A stretch of 64,000 nucleotides of DNA from Takakia lepidozioides (Eukaryota > Plantae > Bryophyta), in the NCBI GenBank assembly GCA_030704615.1, contig CM060734.1, forward strand, positions 36,642,001 to 36,706,000, given 5' to 3'. Under the pieces are notes generated by a model. That model did no database searches and was not told where the DNA came from. It was given only the letters and a program-made list of their open reading frames with translations. Numbering within the stretch: the stretch's first letter is position 1; each line of letters opens with the position of its first letter. Below are positions 34,663 through 48,134 of this stretch, piece by piece. Made by a program: the position numbers and the translations under genes.

Positions 34663-37600
34663 TGACAGGTTTGTTTGTGCCATCTGCTGCACCATGAACT
34701 TCTTGAAAGCAGTTGCCCCTACCTTCTGTCAACAAAAAGCTTTCTCTCTCTTTTACCCCTTCGTGATTGTGTCAATATGGGATACAGCTTGAACCGACGC
34801 TGTGACTTGAACCAGCTGAACCAGCTGGCAGCTAGGTAGCACCAGGTAGCAACTATTGTTTTTCAGGGTAAATACAATATCAAGGGTCGGTCCCCCTCTT
34901 GTGGACATTTGTAGTAGATCTATCGTAGAAGTTGGAAACTCTGAAAACTGTAGATCCAGAAGGTTTGATCAATCCTGAGTGCACAGTCTCTTGCTTTCTC
35001 CCGCTGCCTTTTTCCACATGTCATGACCTTGTTGTCTGTTCATATGGAGAGGTAAAGAGTGCGTGTTTCTCATGGTCTTTTGGCAATTTAAGTAAAGAGC
35101 AAGATGGGTTACAGCACCCTGAATGGATGTATAAGTCTGCAGAGCTCTGCACTTAATGTTTGAAAGCATTCCTTTTCCCAGTAACATCAGTCAGCATACT
35201 GCTTGGCAACCTCCCTTTTCTATTTGTATGCATTGTTCTGTTGTCTATGCCACAGTAGTTGTCTATATGTTGGGTGTAGGGAGTCACTTTTTGGGACTTG
35301 TGCAATTGAAGACCAAGTGATGATCTTATTGAGATGGATACTTGTCAGCTATCCGGTCATGTTGTAAGGCGAGTTGGAGTGCAAAGTTCGCACTGGCGTT
35401 CTCTGTAGGGGGAGGTTTTTACGAGGAAAGTAGGATTGCAAAGCCACATGGGTTTGTGGCATGTTTTGGCGTCGCAAAGCAATACTTGCGGTCCTTCTGA
35501 AAAATCGGTTGTCTGTGATGCATTTAATAGCTTTTCCTCTTGCCTGCTCTCTTGAGCAGGTAACCCACTGGTTGGGTGTTTGACCATTGCCTATGCATAG
35601 CCGGGGGATCCTGAATTCAATGCTTCAGATGTTCCTTCAGTCCAACCATTCATTGGCCCCTCAATAGGCTATGTGTTGAGCAGTAGGCACTGAAATTCGC
35701 GGGACATTAAGCATCTCGAAACCTTTACTCTTTCATCTCTGAGCCACATGTGCTCTGTAAATCCCACACTAGGCAGCCCAGTGGTTGGGTATTTGTGCCA
35801 TGCCTGTGCATAACCTGGGTGATCCTACGTTCAATCATGTGCCTTCAACCGTCCATTGGCCTTGATAGGCTTTGTGTTGAGCAGTAGGCTCTGTAAATCC
35901 AGGGGACATAAAACAAACTTCAACTTTAACTGTTTCTTCCTTTCTCTCTAACCTCTGCTTCTACCACAGCTTCCAGGAGGCATAGCACCCTCTCCAAGTA
36001 GATGATGATATACAACAAAACAAAATTGTTTGAAATGATTAGAAGAGTGCTTAGGAAGTGTGAGAACGAATTTGAATGAGCGTGAATTTCTTCACGCCTA
36101 GTACCAGAAGTTATTTAGAGAAACAATCTTCACCTTCTCCTCAACTCTTGAGACACAAATCAAATACCTAGGCAAGTGGTGAATTGAGTTTTGGTCTATT
36201 CTGCAAGCTGCAACCATGTACCATAGCCAAGTTGAAGTTGTCAGACCCAAATTGCAGTCCATACAACCAAGTCACATGAACATGAATCTACATGAATCTC
36301 TCCCTTGATAAGATGTCGCAATTTGAAGGGGACGGGCATCATGGTGCGGATCTTCGGAGACCTTATGGCATAGATGGCTGGGAGCAGTAGTGTGGAGCAT
36401 GGGTGAGAAGTAGTGGAGCCATACATACTCAAAAAAAAAAAAAAAGGCATGAGATTTGGGCCTCGTTGCAAACTTGTTCGGGCTGTTGTTCTTCTACCGT
36501 TCTTCTGCCATGCAGAGACGGTATCTAACACATTGGTGCGTAATGGACGACTTGTCAACCCTGGGAATATGCCCCCTTCCTCTCATAAGAGCTCTTGGGT
36601 ACAATGGGCATTGTAGCGTGTAGAGCATCATGTTTAAGTAGAAGGCCTTGTCCAACAGGTCCAGACTCCAGCCGATTGCAAGCCCTCTCCTTCACACATC
36701 TCTACTTACATAAGCACACCCAAAATTAGGAAAGCTCACTACGGCGCAAGTGGGCGGACATTTAAATTCATCAAAGAGTGATGGCGGCTCATCATAAACA
36801 TTTAAAAGCTTAAAGTTGACGGCGGCTCATCCACGTGAAGAGCTAAGCGGGCAAGTCTGACAGTAGCTTTGCACAGAGAGAGAAGATATACATGTCATGT
36901 CAAGACATGGACAAGACCACTAAGGTCATTGTCATTGAAAGACAAAGCAACCCTTTACAGGGCATCATCTAACAACCCCTTTTACCAACTCATTTGAACA
37001 TCTTATAACTTTTCAGGGTATCTGAAAAAACAGGGTGGGAGGGCGGGATTCCTGGTCATTCATATCCTGAAAGCCCCATAAGTGGACATAAAGCATTCAT
37101 TTTTTGTTGTTGACACGGGTCAAGCCTTACATAATCTAGTTCTTGAGCCATTCATCTTCCTAAAACAGCATCCTGTGTAGGCGTGAAACTGATCTGTCAG
37201 TGCCAAGACACATGCAAGATTCATAAAATAGAAGCGTGGCTGAGTTTTTTCAGGCATATGTAAGCCTGGATAGTTATTCCAGGACTTCAAGATCAAAACT
37301 CTGCCATAGTATAAGGTAGGAAGCGCACAACATCTACCAGCAAGCAGTTCTTGAAAACCAAAATACTGATGGGGCCAGGTCTGAAGGTGCTTCAGTGCCA
37401 AGTCATAAGCCAGATTTCTAACAAAACAAAACATAGGGCTGAGTACCCTCAAGTAGATATGGGCCTGGAGTGATATTCCAGGGCCTCATAACAAGCTCTG
37501 CTAGTTAAAGAAATGAACTCAGAAACCATTGTCCCCTATCATGCAATGAAATAGTGGTGATATAAGAGCCTTGAAGAATGTTTGTTATCACAAGGTCTAT

Positions 37601-39166
37601 CTTCTGATCCATCAGAGCCAGGCCATGGTGTTTCATTTCAGAGCTTAGTTTCCATGCTGCCAGAGCTATAGCCGCAGCCATGTACCTTTGTTGAAAACAA
37701 CCAGAGCCTTCAACAGAGATTTTGTTTTCTATGAAGTCCCTTGTGTGTCTTAACTCCAAAACATATAGAAGTGGTTATCAAGAACCAAAAACGGGGATAA
37801 GGAGTAAGAAGGTGATCCTCATTAGAGCAGACTTGAAGCCGATTTGAGGCAGCAAGATGGCAGATTTGAAACAACAGTTGGTATCAGCAGCTTCAGGCGG
37901 TAGCAGCAATCCTTTATGCATGAATCAGACTCTGCAAGCTTCAATAATTCAAGACAAGTGAAGACCCTCACCTGTGCCCGTCCCAAAAACCACCACATAG
38001 AGATGTGTGTTAGTGAGGATGCATCAGGTGAGTGGCAGGTTTTCACAGTTGCTATCCATGTCAGTGTTGAATTCTAAAGCATGTACAAATCGTAATCCAA
38101 GCAAGGGTACACTCAAAAAAAACCTTGAGTGTTTGTGGTATGCCCTGCGCCATGGCGTCCAGTAGATGTCTCCAGCAGAACGTAATCAAAGTAGAAGTGT
38201 TCACAGATAGAGAGTAGCTCATACAGAAAGAGAGCAACATGTAATCTGTGGCTAAGTAGGGGTGGAGTACTTCCCAACGAGGAGTAAGAGCGCCGTTGCG
38301 AATTTAACAGAATCATAAATTTCTGAGCAGAGCGATCACTGCATTGTCGACTGCCAGAGAGGAATCTGTCTATCTGCCAATGCGCATCCCAAAAGCCAGC
38401 CATCACGAGTACCATGTAGCCGCAAGGGAGCAGGTTTGCACGGCGCATCATCAAGGATCATAGAAGCACGAGTTCTGTGCTGTGAAATATGTCGGCCCGT
38501 TTAGGGCACAACTTCCCGATTTCTCATCCAGGGTGGATGAAAAATCACATTTTAAAGAGATGCACTTTGTTAATGGATGATATCCCATAAAAAGGTATCT
38601 TAGGGTTATGGTATAGGCTATGGTTTAGTAACTGCCATCATTTATGATGGTACAAATTACTACCTCTTGGATTTTTAGAATAGGTCACTATTATTCATGT
38701 ATTTCATCCAGTTTAGATGAAAGAAGCAAATAGTAAGTATCAGGGCCAAATGAAATCCAAAAAGTTATAGAGGGAGAGGGAGAGAGGGAGAGAGAGGTGT
38801 GGGTGCAGCTCCGGAGAGCTGGAGAGCTTGAGTATGAGAGAGACAATGCAAACAGCAAGTAAGACAGTGAACTAGATCAGAGTGTACTGTTCAAATTAGA
38901 TCGTGACTTATACAGGAGGTAGAGGATTTGAAGGAAGGCGGACATTGTTCTGTCCACGGCCGGTCAAAAATCGGACGATAGTGGTGATAGTGGTGATGTG
39001 ATCTTTGAAAGTAATGGAAAAACTTGTAAATTTGTGTGTGCTTGGGCTGGGATGGTGGTCTGGTCGCCGCTCCATCTGGGTTGGTTAGAGTCTGAACATT
39101 TTCAAGTCATGCAATCGGGAATTTCCAGAGGAGGGAGTGGTAACACAAATAGAACTACGTATATAG

Positions 39167-40345
39167 ATGAGGATGTTACGCTCTAATACAATGCAGACCT
39201 CCCCGGCACCCCCACTGCAACCACCTGTGAAAAAAGCTCGGGTCGAGTCCTTGCCGGAGCTCCCATCTTCTGCCCCTTCATCTACTCATGAGGAACGTCA
39301 AATTGCAGGCACCTTCGACCCTGACATACTTGACTGCCTTGTTTGCTATGAACCTCTTGCCTCCCCCATTTTCCAGGTAACACAACGACACCGTGCGTCC
39401 CGTTCTTTTCCTTTTTATCCCTTTTCGACCTCCGTCTCTTTGTGTATCTTTCCAAGGTAACATTTGATCATCAAGAGATTATACGTTCCTAAACTGTCTA
39501 CTTTGTGTCATCTGCATGACTCCTAGGCCATTTGTTCCGATCTACATTCCAGATTCAAATTTCCTTATCAGGTGTGAAGGCATTTTTAGTTTTTATGCAG
39601 GTGTCTCCCTCCCCGAATAGGATTGTCAATGCGCTTCGCCTGTGTACTTTTAAATGCATAATGGCCAGAACTTTACTGAACCATTCGTCTGCTGTGTTTG
39701 CTGGTGCAGTGCTCAAATGGCCAACTGCCTGCTCAAGCTGTTGCGAGAAAATAAAAAACGTGTGCTCCTTCTGCGAGAAACCAATTGGAAAGATCCGGTG
39801 CCTGGCAATGGAAAAGCTGATAGGGTCCCTGCACATGCACTGCAGGTATGCTGCATACGGTTGCGAGGATAGGCTGAAGTTTTCCAACAAGAAGTTGCAC
39901 GAGACATCATGCCCATATGCTCCATTCAAATGCCCCATTGCTGGGTGCCATTTCTCTGGTGCTGGCAATGCTTTTCCTGACCATTTTAAAAGTTCACACC
40001 AAACACGTACAGTCGTTTTCCTATATGACCACCATGTCGTGCTAAAGGCAGAGGACATGGTATTCCTTCTCCACTACGAAAAGGAGGCTATTGGAAACAT
40101 GATCTACGTCACATTCTTTGGGCAGATAGCCAGAGAAGAGTACTTCTGTTATGGCTTTAGTTCGAGATATGGGAAGACAAGCATCATGTACACCATGCCT
40201 CGCAGCATCCTACAGGAGGACAAAAGGGGAACCAATTACGGCGTTGTTCCCAAGTTAGGGAATACCGACTCTGAGCGTCCGGTCAAGATTTTTCTGACAT
40301 TCCGGCGAGTGGGAAGCAGTATCTGGCTTGCAGATCAATCCGTGA
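39167..40345 (+). pseudogene. SINA-like copy 2, frameshifted
   Basis: Same exon/intron layout (donor 39377, acceptor 39709). GGC CAT ACT has become GGC CA ACT (1-nt deletion at the RING His, ~39722), giving an early TAA. There is also a ~33-nt deletion at ~40030. Confidence 0.85.
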
Positions 40346-40721
40346 TGACAGGTTTGTTTGTTCCATCTGCTGCACTACTTTTTGAATTCCTTGAAAGAAG
40401 TGGCCCCTACCTTTTGACATCAAAAAGCTCCCTCTCTTTTCCCCCTTGTCTATGTCAGTATGGGATAGTACAGCTTGAACCAACACGGTGACTAGAACCA
40501 GCTGGCAGCTAGTTAGCACCAGGTAGCAACTATTTTCTAATTCAGTGTAAAAATTATTATCAAGTGGTCGGTCCCCCTTTGTGGACATTCGTAGTAGTTC
40601 TATAGTAAAAGTTGGAAACTCTAAAAAACAGCAGATCCAGAACGTTTGATCAAATACCGAGTGCAGTCTCTCGTTTCTCCCCCTGCCTTTTTCTATGTGT
40701 TACGATCTAGCTAGGTGTCCG

Positions 40722-41018
40722 TTCGTGCTAAAGGCAGATGACATGGTATTCCTTCTCCACTGTGAAAAGGAGGCTATTGGAAATAGGCTCTATGTCACAT
40801 TCTTTGGGCAGATAGCCAGAGAGGAGTGCTTCTCTTATCGCTTTACTGTGATATATGGGAAGACAATCGCAAACATGTACACCCAACCTCGAAGCATCCT
40901 ACAGGAGGACAAAATGGGAACCAATTACATCATTGTTCCCAAGTTATGGAATACCGACTCTAAGGGTCCGGTCAACATTCGTCTGTCTATCCAGGAAGCA
41001 TTAGAAACTTCACTGTAG
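40722..41018 (+). pseudogene. SINA-like C-terminal fragment (copy 3)
   Basis: VLKADDMVFLLHCEKEAIGNRLYVTFFGQIAREE...PRSILQEDK matches the C-terminal part of copies 1 and 2; there is no RING exon. Confidence 0.8.
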
Positions 41019-43267
41019 AGCTGAGGGCATTTTTAATTCTCGAAGGAGTGCCTCTGTTGAGAAAGATATGATCATGGAAAATCTTCTAAGATAAGTGTTT
41101 GCAATGTTCGAAGAATGTGCACCCACTAAGCTGATGCCCATGAATTTCTGTTTAGCAACATAGAGAACATGACATTTATTGGAAACCCCCTCCAACTACA
41201 CATTATATGCAGGTCTTTTACTCATCCTCCACACCCTGCATTCTTGCTTCTTGCTTGGAGCTCAGTGGATCCTGTGCACATGGAATTGAGTACTCGATAA
41301 GTCTCTCTTTGTGAAATTATTTGTTCTTCCTTGGAAAAAGGGTCACAGAAGTGTGACAAAGAGTTTCCTTGTATCTCTTTTCTCTTGCACAAAATGGAAA
41401 AAAAAAAAAAAAACAATTAACTAGGTGACTAATTGGTTGCTGTAGGGACAGAACCTCAAGTGTATAAAGAGATGTACCACACTTGCAAGAGACACTTTGC
41501 AGTCAACAAATAGTTTGGTGCAGACGAGAATCTGCAGCAGAATGTAATATAGTGGCTGGATAAATTGCAAACCTCCATCCAGTAGGCCAAAACAATTAGA
41601 ACTATGAATGGCAGGTTTATATGTTCAATTATTTGCCACAAGTATTACCTTGTCCATTCATTGTTCAATGTAGTTCACCCGGAGCTCGGACTAGAAGCTA
41701 GTAAATGATACATGAAATATGCAAGTTTTGATCATTCAAGGATCTGAATCCCTCACACGTATGAATATTACAATAGTTCTTAAATATGAGGATCGCATGC
41801 ATAATTAACTGTCACACAGTGCAGTAAGATTCATTAATTTTTATGGTGATGGAACTCCTTTAAGACTGTACATGAACATGTCATGCAAAACCTATCTCAG
41901 AAACACTGCCAACAAGAAGGGACATCAGATGAGGGAGGAATGGAGACTCACTTATTAGACAACTAAATGGTTGTTCAGTGACGTCGATTTGCGGTTTCTG
42001 TTATGCCAGAATCAGCCACATAAGAGTAGCACATATGGTAGTCTTGCCTCCATAATTACTCACATGGAATCCCCAATATCTGCCCTCTTGTAAGGGTCAT
42101 AGGAACTGATATTTGTCAGTCCCCATGTCGAATTTCCCACAAGGTCCAACTCCTCCAAAAACATGATTTTAAAGCCAAAGAGAGTAAGTACGTAAGAAAT
42201 AGGTCATAACTATTTTGTTTTTCATTTGTGGAGAAGAATATGGCAGGCTTTCCAGTATGCACATGCAGTTCTTCTGTTGAAATGTGTATTAATAAATAGA
42301 TGCTAAGAAGTGGGGAGTCATCGAAGTAATACACGGTATGTTCACGGTATGTAATACACGGTATTTTGTATCAAGATTTGCATTTTGATACAAGTTGGGC
42401 AGTCCTAGAACCAAGAAGCGAGGAGAAGGTTCTAAGGGCTGAGATGTGTGAGGCTTTCTTTAGAATTTTAGTAGCTCGCACTCTGGGGTGCGAATATTAT
42501 TGCAGTCGGATGGCTCCAAATGGCTGAACACATCGTGTTGGGCTTTGTCTGGTGATCAAAATGAGAGCTGAGGGATCCAACTTTATTATGAAACTCCTTA
42601 CTGCACACTAATACTTTTTGGCTCGGCGATTGAGCCTGCAATTATTTCAGACCCTCTTCAGCCCGGTGCACATCACACGTTTGACATTGAAAGTCGACAA
42701 TCGACAACAGTTTGAACACGTCCGATACTTGCAGAGTATCCCGAGTTGGTGTCGCACGAGTTGACTCGTAGATTTGAATCCATTTATCACGATACTGGTC
42801 ACTCGTTCGTCAAAGTCTGTGAGGGAAAAAGGTGATCGACATTAGACTCGCTGGAGATTAACCTGCCCACAGTTTTTCCACGACAATCCGATTAGTTCCC
42901 GACCGAGGCTCTCTAAATATAGACCAGTGCAGACCCTTAAAATGTTGAATTAAATGATTTAGGGGGCCGTGCCCTTCAAGTTTTTCTGTCAAAACAGAAA
43001 CAGCAAAAACAAAAAGATAAACAAAAAGATAAAAGTTGGGGTCACTTTTAGCCGGGTGTAACTTCTCGGGCTTTATAAACCCCGCCAACCCCGCTCGCTT
43101 TGCGTATCTCTCTCCTGTCTGTATGATCTTCACTGCCCACTTTCGGACTCTCTCTTAGTCTTTGAGCATTCTGCGGACGTTATAAAGTTCTGTCTCAATT
43201 CATTTCTCTCTGATCTTCATTGCCTCAGTTTTGTACTCTCTAGAGCTGATCTTCACTGCTCCACAAT

Positions 43268-43474
43268 ATGTTGGCAACACTCTCTTTTCCTTGTATGGAC
43301 ACAGTACATTTTTCGACCTCCAATTGCTCCCCGTTGATGTCGACATCCAACAGTCAGAAGCTGGTGTCCAAGACGAAGATAGCAAACAAAGTGGCCAGCT
43401 ATGTGAAGCATCATTTACAGGCCATAGGCTTTGGAAAGCCTCAAAGTTTGGCCTCCTTCGAATCCGAAGCATCT
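43268..43474 (+). pseudogene. 5' part of a SAUR paralog truncated by Copia insertion
   Basis: MLATLSFPCMDTVHFSTS...QSLASFESEAS matches 53640-53846; homology stops exactly where the LTR TG starts (43475). Confidence 0.85.
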
Positions 43475-46400
43475 TGTTAGAATTGAGCAAGAACATGAAC
43501 AAGAACTAAAGTCTTAGACTAAAGCTAAAACTAAAGCTCTCCTCCCAACCATAGAAGCCACCATCATACTCTTACACTTAGACTAGTGGCTTCACCCCCG
43601 AGCTTGTACAAGAAGGTCTCTAGAAAGTCCTACTTGGTCATTTCCACTTCCACTATGGTGACCATCCACATTCTAGCCATTCATCTTCCAAAGATGAATT
43701 AAACAAGATAGTCTCTTAGACTTCTAAACCTTTGGCCTTCAAGACTCTTAGTCTTCTAGATATGTTTAATTACTTCCAACACTCCCACTCAATTAAACCA
43801 TATCATTGAGCTCCTTCGTTTGTCTTTGGAGAAGAAACATCAAGTAAGGCTGAACACTTCATTTGTTTTGTTTGTGGTAGACTCTTCGTCAAAACATCCG
43901 CAACCATATCTCATGTAGCACAATAGGTCATCTTGATCTCTCTCTTGCATACAACTTCCCGTATGTAGTGATGTTGCACTTCAATGTGCTTCGTCCTTGA
44001 ATGATACTTCGGATTCTGACTTAGTGCAATCGCACTTTGATTGTCACAATAGAGAATCGTAGGTAGTGATTGGAGATGATCCAAATCTCCAAGCAACTTC
44101 TGTAACCAAATAGCCTCATTTGCTGCTTGTGTAATGGACATGTACTCAACTTCTGTTGATGACAACGCTGTTGTAACTTGTCGTTTGCTAGACCAAGATA
44201 CAGCTCCACCTGCTATGAGAAAACAATGGTTTGAAGTTGATTTTCTACTATCAACGTCTCATGCCCAGTCAGCATCAGCAAACCCCAACAAACTTGGATC
44301 TTCCACTCTCTTGTAGAGTAGACCAGAGGTTGATGTTCCTCTTAGATATCGAAATATCATCTTCACTGCTTTCCAATGGGTTTGTTCGGGATTTGAAAAA
44401 AATTGTGAGACCACTCCAACTGAATGTGCAATGTCTGGCCTAGTACAAACCATGCAATACATCAAACTGCCGACTGCGCTTTGATAAAGAGTTTTCCTCA
44501 TATCTTCTTGCTCTTCTTGAGTCTTAGGTGCCATATCCTTCGTAAGTTTCAAATCAACTTCGAGAGGAGTTGATGTTGGCTTACTCATCTCCAACTTAAA
44601 CATTTGTAGAATTGTCTCAATGTATTGTCGTTGATGCATGAATATTGTATGGTTCACTCGATCTCTGCTGATTTGAATACCAAGACAGAACCGAATCTCA
44701 CCCATGTCAGTCATGGCAAACTCAGCACTCAACAGCGCTTTGGTTTCTGGCAACAACCTTTGATGATCGTTGGTGACAATGATTGTGTCATCCACATATA
44801 AAGCTATGACCACAAATTGCTCTCCCATCTTTTTCACATAGATGTTTGTGTCAGCAATGCTTCGCTCAAATCTTGTCTTTAAGAGGTAAACATCGATCCT
44901 AGCATACCAAGCTCGAGGACTTTGTTTGAGTCCATACAAACTCTTTTGCAGCTTACACACAATATCACTTTCTCCTTGTACAAACCCTTCAGGTTGTCTC
45001 ATGTAGATCTCTTCTTGTAGTTCTCCATTCAGAAATGCGGTCTTAACATCCATTTGATGAACTTCGTGATCATGTTGAGCTGCAAGAGCTAACAACACTC
45101 TGATAGAAGAAATCTTCACCACTGGTGAGAAGGTTTCATTGTAATTCACTCATTGAATTTGTACATAGCCTTTAGTTACAAGACGAGCTTTGTACCGGTA
45201 AATAGATTCATCAGCTTTGTACTTCAACTTGAAGATCCACTTGCAACCAATGGCTCTTCGTCCTGCAGGCAACCTAGTGAGTGTCCATGCTTTGTTTTGC
45301 ATCAATGAATCCAACTCTGAGTTGATTGCTTCTTCCCATTGTAGTTTGTCTGGAGAGCGCATCGCTTCCTCATATGTAGCAGGCTCAACCACGTGCATAT
45401 GTCCATATCCCTACTTAGAAGCGAAGGAAACTTGACTCCAAATCAGATGGATGCATCTTCATTGGCTACACAGAAGATGTGAAGGGATATAAGTTGTTCA
45501 ATAAGACAACTAAGGCTGTCAAACACAGTAGGGACGTAGTGTTTGATAAAGGCTTCATACCCTCTTTGGTAGTGGGAGAAGATGATATGGGAATGAGCTT
45601 AGAGCCATTACACCATTTCCAAGAGGAGTTTTATGAGGAGCCAATACAAGAGATGGCTGAAGCAAATGATGGGAGGTGTTCAACTTGATGGAGTTGATCA
45701 AGAAGTCGAAGTTGGTGAACCACTTGTTGATATGGACTCTAGAGATGAAGTTGAAGATGTGCCAATTCTAAGGACATCTCAGCGGGAAAGAAAAGCTCCT
45801 AGTAGGCTGATTACATCTATGAGTGCCATTGAAGCTATGGAAGAAGCATCACTAGGCTTCTGACCACTCCATACCTCTTCTGGTGTTTTTCCCAACACTG
45901 ATTTGAAGGTATTATGTTGTGAAGATATGTTGCAGTGCCAACAGCTTCTGCCCAAAAATGATTTGAAATATTCACTTCTTTCAACATACTCCTTGCAGAT
46001 TCTTGTAGTGATCTATTCATCCGCTCAGCTACACCATTCTGCTCAAGTGTATATGGAACAGTAAGCTATCGAGCTATTCCATTCTCTTGACAAAACTGAT
46101 TGAAAGCCTTTGAGATGTACTCACCACCTTTGTCAGATCTCAAAATCTTAAGAGGCTTTTCAGTTTGTTATTCTGCAAGTACTTTGAACTCATTGAATTT
46201 CTCTAGCACTTGACTTTTCTGCCTTAGGAAATTCACCACAACCCTCCTTGACAAATCATCAATGAATGTCACAAAGTACCTTGTTCCTCCAAGTCATGTG
46301 GTTTGCATTGGCCCGCACACATCAGAATGTACAATCTCCAATATACTTGTGGCTCTTCGTCCACCATCCTTAGGAAATTGACCTCGATGTTGCTTCCTTT

Positions 46401-47180
46401 CCAAGCAACCTTTGCATAGACGCATATCGCTCATCTCCTTCAATGGTAGTCCTTCCACAAGGTGGCTTGAGAATTGCATCTGTCTCAACTTCTTAATGCT
46501 CACATGACCTAACCTTCTATGCCACAACTTTGTTTCTGACATGACAGTGTAGATCCCAACTGTGGTGAAAATGTGGTAAAAACACTAGAGATATGATGTT
46601 GTAATCTATACAAGCAACAGCTCCTGAGCTATCTGTGATAGTACAACTCCCATCTTGGAATACCATTCTGTATCCCTTTGCAACAATTTGCCTTACAGAC
46701 AGCAGGTTCTTTGTTAAAATAGGGACATGTAGGACATTTTCCACCTCTACGGTTTCCCCTTCATTGAGCATAAGAGAGACTAAGCCTTCCCCACCAATGA
46801 CAGGCTTGTTATCATCTCCCAAAAGAACATATTGTGTAGGTGAAAGAGATCTATAGGATAAGAAATGCTCTCTCTCTGAACTCATATGTTGAGATGCTCA
46901 TGAATCAACATACCACACATGCTTTTGTCTAGTAGTGGCTGAGAGAGACACAACAAATAGAATAGCATTCCTGTGATGAGTAGCTATGTTCCCTTGACTC
47001 TCTCTGTTGCGCTCATCTGCAATGCGCTTTCTACAATCCTTGATCATGTGACCAAGTTTCTTGCAATAAAAACACCTCACTTTGGCCTTTTTGATCTTTG
47101 AGTTAGATTGAGGTTTCTGAAACCTCTGGGACTTCTGAGACATATGTGAAGGGAGTCTTCTATTCAAGACTACTCCAGTC
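43475..47180 (-). mobile_element. Ty1/Copia retrotransposon A, degenerate, 5' end deleted, with internal inversion
   Basis: 3' LTR 43475-43781 (TG...CA) and PPT TTGAGTGGGAG (43782-43792). Coding remnants: RNase H (CDNQSAIAL, SRTKHI), RT (HQMDVKTAFLNG, LYGLKQSPRAW, YVDD), integrase (HSDVCGP), protease (WYVDS), zinc knuckle CFYCKKLGHMIKDC. Several stops. Confidence 0.93.
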
Positions 47181-47805
47181 TTGCCTGTTGTTTGCTATGA
47201 ACCTCTTGCCTCCCCCATTTTCCAGGTACCCAACGACACCTTGCTTCTCGTCTCCTCTGTCTGTACTTTCTGTCATGTGCATGGCTCCTACGAGGATTAT
47301 TCCGATTTGAATTGCAGGTTCCAATCTCCTTATCAGGTGTGAACGCATTTTTAGTTTTTATGCAGGTGTCTCCCTCCCCGAATAAGGTCGTAAATGCACT
47401 TGAACGATTTGTTCCTTTCTATCACAAAAATGAGTACAATAATTGAGAACATCAATTGGATTCACTTCGCCAGTGTGGCCGGAACTTTACTGAACCATTC
47501 TTCTGTTGTGTTGGCTGGTGCAGTGCTCGAATGGCCATACTGCATGCTCAAGCTGTTGCTAGAAAATCAAAAACGTGTGCTCCTTATGCGAGAAACCAAT
47601 TGGAAAGATCCGGTGCTTGACAATGGAAAAGCTGATAGAGTCCCTGCACATGCACTGCAGGTATGCTGAATAAGGTTGCGAGGATAGGCTGAAGTTTTCC
47701 AACAAGAAGTTGCACGAGACATCATGCCCACATAATGCCCTATTGATGGGTGTCATTTCTCTGGTGTTGGCAATGCTTTTCCTCACCATTTTAAAAGTTT
47801 ACACC

Positions 47806-48116
47806 TGATGGGTTGTGAGACATCAGCCGCTTTCTGGCATAAGCTCAGCATCGTGCATGAGCAACGATCAGCGGAGAATGTTTTTCGCCTTCAAGAAAAC
47901 TTTTACAAGTGCAGCATGGAAGACGGAGAAGACATAGCAGATTTTCTTGGCAAAATTGAGCTCATTATCAATTCGCTAAGAGGCATGGGAGATGCCAGCT
48001 TTACAGATTCAGCAGTTATTGCCAAGATTCTTTGCAACTTGCCAACATATCTCAGTCATTTCAGATCAGCCTGGGATAGTGTGTCGGATGGACCGAAAAG
48101 AACATTGAAATGTTGA
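47806..48116 (+). mobile_element. Copia gag fragment (opposite orientation to its neighbour)
   Basis: CETSAAFWHKLSIVHEQRSAENVFRLQENFY...AKILCNLP...FRSAWDSV is typical Copia gag (UBN2-like). Confidence 0.75.
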
Positions 48117-48134
48117 CCTCGCGGCTGCTGACAG

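Noticed and set aside
35560-35910. ~210-bp degenerate tandem duplication also matching ~50460-50660
   Set aside because: Explained as 3' flank DNA carried along with the SINA duplications; no termini or coding signal.
37120-38460. Run of short minus-strand ORFs suggesting a decayed gene
   Set aside because: No recognisable family motif or consistent splice structure could be established.
38495-38760. Possible MITE with TCATCCA/GATGA internal inverted motifs
   Set aside because: Termini are too degenerate and no TSD was found.
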